Virus record (IMG/VR): IMGVR_UViG_3300049844_000146
Span: 1-26,729 of that record
Source: a virus
Taxonomy: Duplodnaviria > Caudoviricetes
Direction: 5' to 3' (one strand)
DNA: 26,729 nucleotides
Shown: positions 23,801 to 26,729 of the stretch, piece after piece
Numbering within the stretch: position 1 is the first letter of the stretch
Layout: each line of letters begins with the position of its first letter
Program-made: the position numbers and the translations under genes
The notes under the pieces: model-generated
The model's database searches: none
Told to the model about the DNA's origin: nothing
What the model saw: only the letters and a program-made list of their open reading frames with translations

Positions 23801-25047
23801 TGATTCAGAATTTACATTGGAAGGCTAACCGTCACCAAAAAGAGTTCTTCAATAATATAACCGCAAAGCTTTTACACCTTTCGACGGGCTTCGGGGGCGG
23901 GAAAACTTACGGGCTTTGTATGAAGCTCATACAATTAAGTTGGCTCAATCGCCCTTACCATGGTGGGTTAGTAGCGCCCGCCTTTACTGACTTTAAAAAA
24001 GACGTTCTTCCGGAGTTTGAAGGCATACTTGATAAGTATGGTATCCCTTTTAAATACCACGGGAGCGACCATTTTTTTCAATTTCCTTGGTCAACAGGCA
24101 AGCTTTACGTCGCAAGCGCTGACAAACCTATTCGTGGGCCTAACTGGGCTTATGCGGGCATTAACGAAGTGACGCTTATTCCCCTTGTCAGATACAAAGA
24201 AGTCTTAGGTCGTGTTCGCGTTAAGGGATCTAAGGTCCCCCAAATTGCGTCAGTCGGAACGCCGGAAGGTTTTGCGTCTGAATATTACGACTACTTTATT
24301 GAGACGCCGCCCGCGTCTTTAAAAATTATTTACGGATCAACAGACGATAACGCGGAAAACTTACAAGACGATTATCTAAATACGCTCGAAGACGCTTATG
24401 ACTCTCGAATGATTGAAGCGTACCGTCGCGGCCTTTGGGTTAACATGAACGGCTCAAGGTTTTACTATGCCTATAATGAAAAGAACGAAGACGAAAGCCT
24501 AGAGCCTCAAATGTTTTCCCAGTTCCACGTTTCAATGGACTTTAACGTTGATCCGTTTTGCGCTGCGATTTGGGGCTTTGACGGGTTTCAACTGTATGGG
24601 GTTGACGAAATCGAACTTAAAGGCGGCGAAGGGTATGACACCAAACACATGATCAAGGCGCTACAAGCTCGCGGCTATAACCCACATAACACGATTATTT
24701 ATCCCGATCCGGCGGGAAGGGCTCGAAGTACCAAGGGCGCACCCGACGTTAAGGTCTTGGAAGACGCGGGCTATATAGTGCGCGTCAAATCAAAAGCCCC
24801 GGAGTTTAGAAAACGTCAGATAACAACCAATAACCTTTTTGACAAAGGTCGAGTTAAAATCAATCCTAAACGTTGTAAAGGCTTACGGCGCGACTTTTTA
24901 GGTGTCGAACAGGATATTGTCACGCAAGATAAAAAAAAGAACAATCCGAACTTAACGCACTTTTCGGACGGGTTCGATTATATGGCTGACATTTTGTTCC
25001 CGTTTAATGGACATCCGAAAGCCACAACTCAAGAAAGGTTACGCTAA
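23800..25047 (+). CDS. terL: Terminase large subunit
   Basis: Walker A GFGGGKT, IRG...INE, motif III GTP; nuclease motifs MDFNVDP, YPDPAG and HFSDGFDY. Confidence 0.93.
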   Translation: MIQNLHWKANRHQKEFFNNITAKLLHLSTGFGGGKTYGLCMKLIQLSWLNRPYHGGLVAPAFTDFKKDVLPEFEGILDKYGIPFKYHGSDHFFQFPWSTGKLYVASADKPIRGPNWAYAGINEVTLIPLVRYKEVLGRVRVKGSKVPQIASVGTPEGFASEYYDYFIETPPASLKIIYGSTDDNAENLQDDYLNTLEDAYDSRMIEAYRRGLWVNMNGSRFYYAYNEKNEDESLEPQMFSQFHVSMDFNVDPFCAAIWGFDGFQLYGVDEIELKGGEGYDTKHMIKALQARGYNPHNTIIYPDPAGRARSTKGAPDVKVLEDAGYIVRVKSKAPEFRKRQITTNNLFDKGRVKINPKRCKGLRRDFLGVEQDIVTQDKKKNNPNLTHFSDGFDYMADILFPFNGHPKATTQERLR

Positions 25048-26726
25048 TGAGAATAAAACTAGAATCAGAAATTTTAAACATAGACGTTCGTAAACAATTG
25101 ATCGAAGAAATTGAGGGGGCGGAAAACCGCGCCCGAAAGAATGACGCTTATAAACGTTATTCATGCTACAAAGACAAGACGTCCGACTATGTTATTGACA
25201 TGCTTTTAAAACAATTTGATTTAACGACGATCCAAGAAATGCGATATTCTATTTCAAACATTTCTTTAGTGCGAAAAGTTATTGATAAGCTTGCGCGGGT
25301 TTATTCAAACGGCGTTCAGCGTTCTATCACTGACGATCAAGCGGCCACTGAAAAACTAAATAAGTTAGAATCGGAACTTGATCTAAATACAGCTATGAAA
25401 AAAACAAATCGTTTTTTAAAGCTTCAAAAGAACATGGCGGTTTATGTTAAACCTTATCCGGAATACGATAGCGCGGGTAAAGTCGCAAAACACTGTATTG
25501 AGCTTGACGTTTTAAATCCGTATTTATACGACGTCGTCGAAAACTATTATAACCGCACTGAACCGCTTGCGTTTATTCTTTCTAGCTTTCGCCCGCTTGC
25601 AACCCAAGCGTCGATTCTAGACGGGTTATTTCGCGCAGTACCTAGTTCGCAAGGCGTTGCGGGCGTCACCACTCAAGGAAATAACCGCGACGAAAAAATC
25701 GCCGATACACCAATCGACGAAAATGCGGGCGAAGAAAAACAGTATATCTTTTGGTCGCAGAATTATCATTTCACTTGTAATGCACAAGGCGAGTTTATCA
25801 AGGGAACAGACCCGCAAAAGGTTGTCCACGGTCTTGGCCTTTGTCCGATTATCAACTTCGCAATCGATCAAGACGGTTCGTTTTGGGCTGAAGGCGGGCG
25901 CGATCTTATTGACGGCGCGGTTTTAATTAACGCCCTATTGAGCCATACGGCGCACGTTGGGGTTACTCAAGGGTACGGTCAGTTTTATGCAACCGGCGAA
26001 AATTTACCCCGCCAATTTAAACTAGGACCTTCAAAGGCAATCGTCGCCGAATATAAAAAGGACGAACAGGCCGAACCAAAATTTGGGTTTTTAAATGCCA
26101 ACCCCCAACTCGATTCACTTCGAAGCCTTATCGACATGTATGTCGCCTTATTGCTTACGTCGAATAACTTATCGACGTCAGGGATTGCGACCCAGCTTTC
26201 AGGCGGCGTAAGTCTTCCGAGCGGCATAGCGTTGGTGATAGATAAAGCCGAATCATTAGAAGACGTTCAGGACCAACGTCAAATTTTTATCGATAAAGAA
26301 AAAGATATTTTATCGGCGGTTAATGCAATCTTAAAAAAATACGGGGCGTCTATGGAAGACGAACTAAAAGACAACGCACTTCCGGAAAACTTTGAACAAA
26401 AATATAACTTACGCTTTAACGATTTAACGCCGATTGTTTCCGAGTCGGAAAAACTTGCGAACTTAAAGCTTCGTAAGGACCTTGGGATCGATACCATGAT
26501 CGGGCTGTTAATGAAAGACGATCAATCGTTAACGGAAAAACAAGCCGAAGAAAAACTTAAAAAACTTTTAGAACAACAAATAAAAGAACGTTCGTTTATG
26601 ATGGAACAGTTAAAGGCCCAAGGCCTTGAAGTGGCCCCAATTCAGGGCGATCCGGCCCTAAATCAGGACCTAGAAGACGACGCCGAAGACGACCCGCAAG
26701 ATCCGGCGGAGCCGACAGAGGCCTAA
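25047..26726 (+). CDS. Portal protein
   Basis: 559 aa directly after terL (TAATG); NISLVRKVIDKLARVY, SGIAL and acidic C-terminal tail. Confidence 0.8.
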   Translation: MRIKLESEILNIDVRKQLIEEIEGAENRARKNDAYKRYSCYKDKTSDYVIDMLLKQFDLTTIQEMRYSISNISLVRKVIDKLARVYSNGVQRSITDDQAATEKLNKLESELDLNTAMKKTNRFLKLQKNMAVYVKPYPEYDSAGKVAKHCIELDVLNPYLYDVVENYYNRTEPLAFILSSFRPLATQASILDGLFRAVPSSQGVAGVTTQGNNRDEKIADTPIDENAGEEKQYIFWSQNYHFTCNAQGEFIKGTDPQKVVHGLGLCPIINFAIDQDGSFWAEGGRDLIDGAVLINALLSHTAHVGVTQGYGQFYATGENLPRQFKLGPSKAIVAEYKKDEQAEPKFGFLNANPQLDSLRSLIDMYVALLLTSNNLSTSGIATQLSGGVSLPSGIALVIDKAESLEDVQDQRQIFIDKEKDILSAVNAILKKYGASMEDELKDNALPENFEQKYNLRFNDLTPIVSESEKLANLKLRKDLGIDTMIGLLMKDDQSLTEKQAEEKLKKLLEQQIKERSFMMEQLKAQGLEVAPIQGDPALNQDLEDDAEDDPQDPAEPTEA

Positions 26727-26729
26727 TTG

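Noticed and set aside
11452-26497. Other nested or antisense ORFs (11452, 12714, 16109, 17578, 18749, 19030, 19122, 20984, 21424, 21590, 21920, 22343, 22745, 25626, 25657, 25985, 26279)
   Set aside because: Shadows of motif-bearing genes with no independent support.
1-26729. Stop-codon reassignment
   Set aside because: Genes are full length under the standard code, and TAA, TAG and TGA all end genes at tight junctions.

Overview
This window is part of a tailed dsDNA phage (Caudoviricetes) with a probably Gram-negative host, suggested by a spanin-like lipoprotein pair. Four blocks are visible. (1) 1-7586 (+): tail genes, including a mosaic fibre with a C1q-like tip and a 925-aa tail tip/hub protein, with a small holin/spanin-like cassette inserted among them. 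(2) 7583-17921 (-): an early/replication operon with SNF2 helicase, about ten accessory ORFs, Cas4-like DUF2800 nuclease, DUF2815 SSB, family A polymerase, Nmad1/DUF1599, a CHAP-type peptidoglycan hydrolase and a calcineurin-like phosphoesterase. (3) A compact divergent promoter/operator, then a Cro-like HTH and a primase-polymerase/VapE helicase, followed by a clear origin-like region: ten perfect CACGTTAC iterons arranged around an AT-rich core, plus two tandem DnaA boxes. (4) 21034-26726 (+): zinc-finger protein, Holliday junction resolvase, unknown ORFs, terminase small and large subunits, and portal. No integrase, CI repressor, tRNA or CRISPR array is visible. Highlights are the hybrid iteron/DnaA-box origin, two micro-ORFs missing from the ORF track (a 19-aa Lys/Pro-rich peptide and a 25-aa transmembrane peptide), a possible histone-like ORF, a Walker B D-to-N terminase, a hairpin covering a start codon, and G-run ribosome-binding sites with apparent avoidance of GGAGR and CCWGG. 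All family assignments come from motifs recognised by eye; no database search was run.
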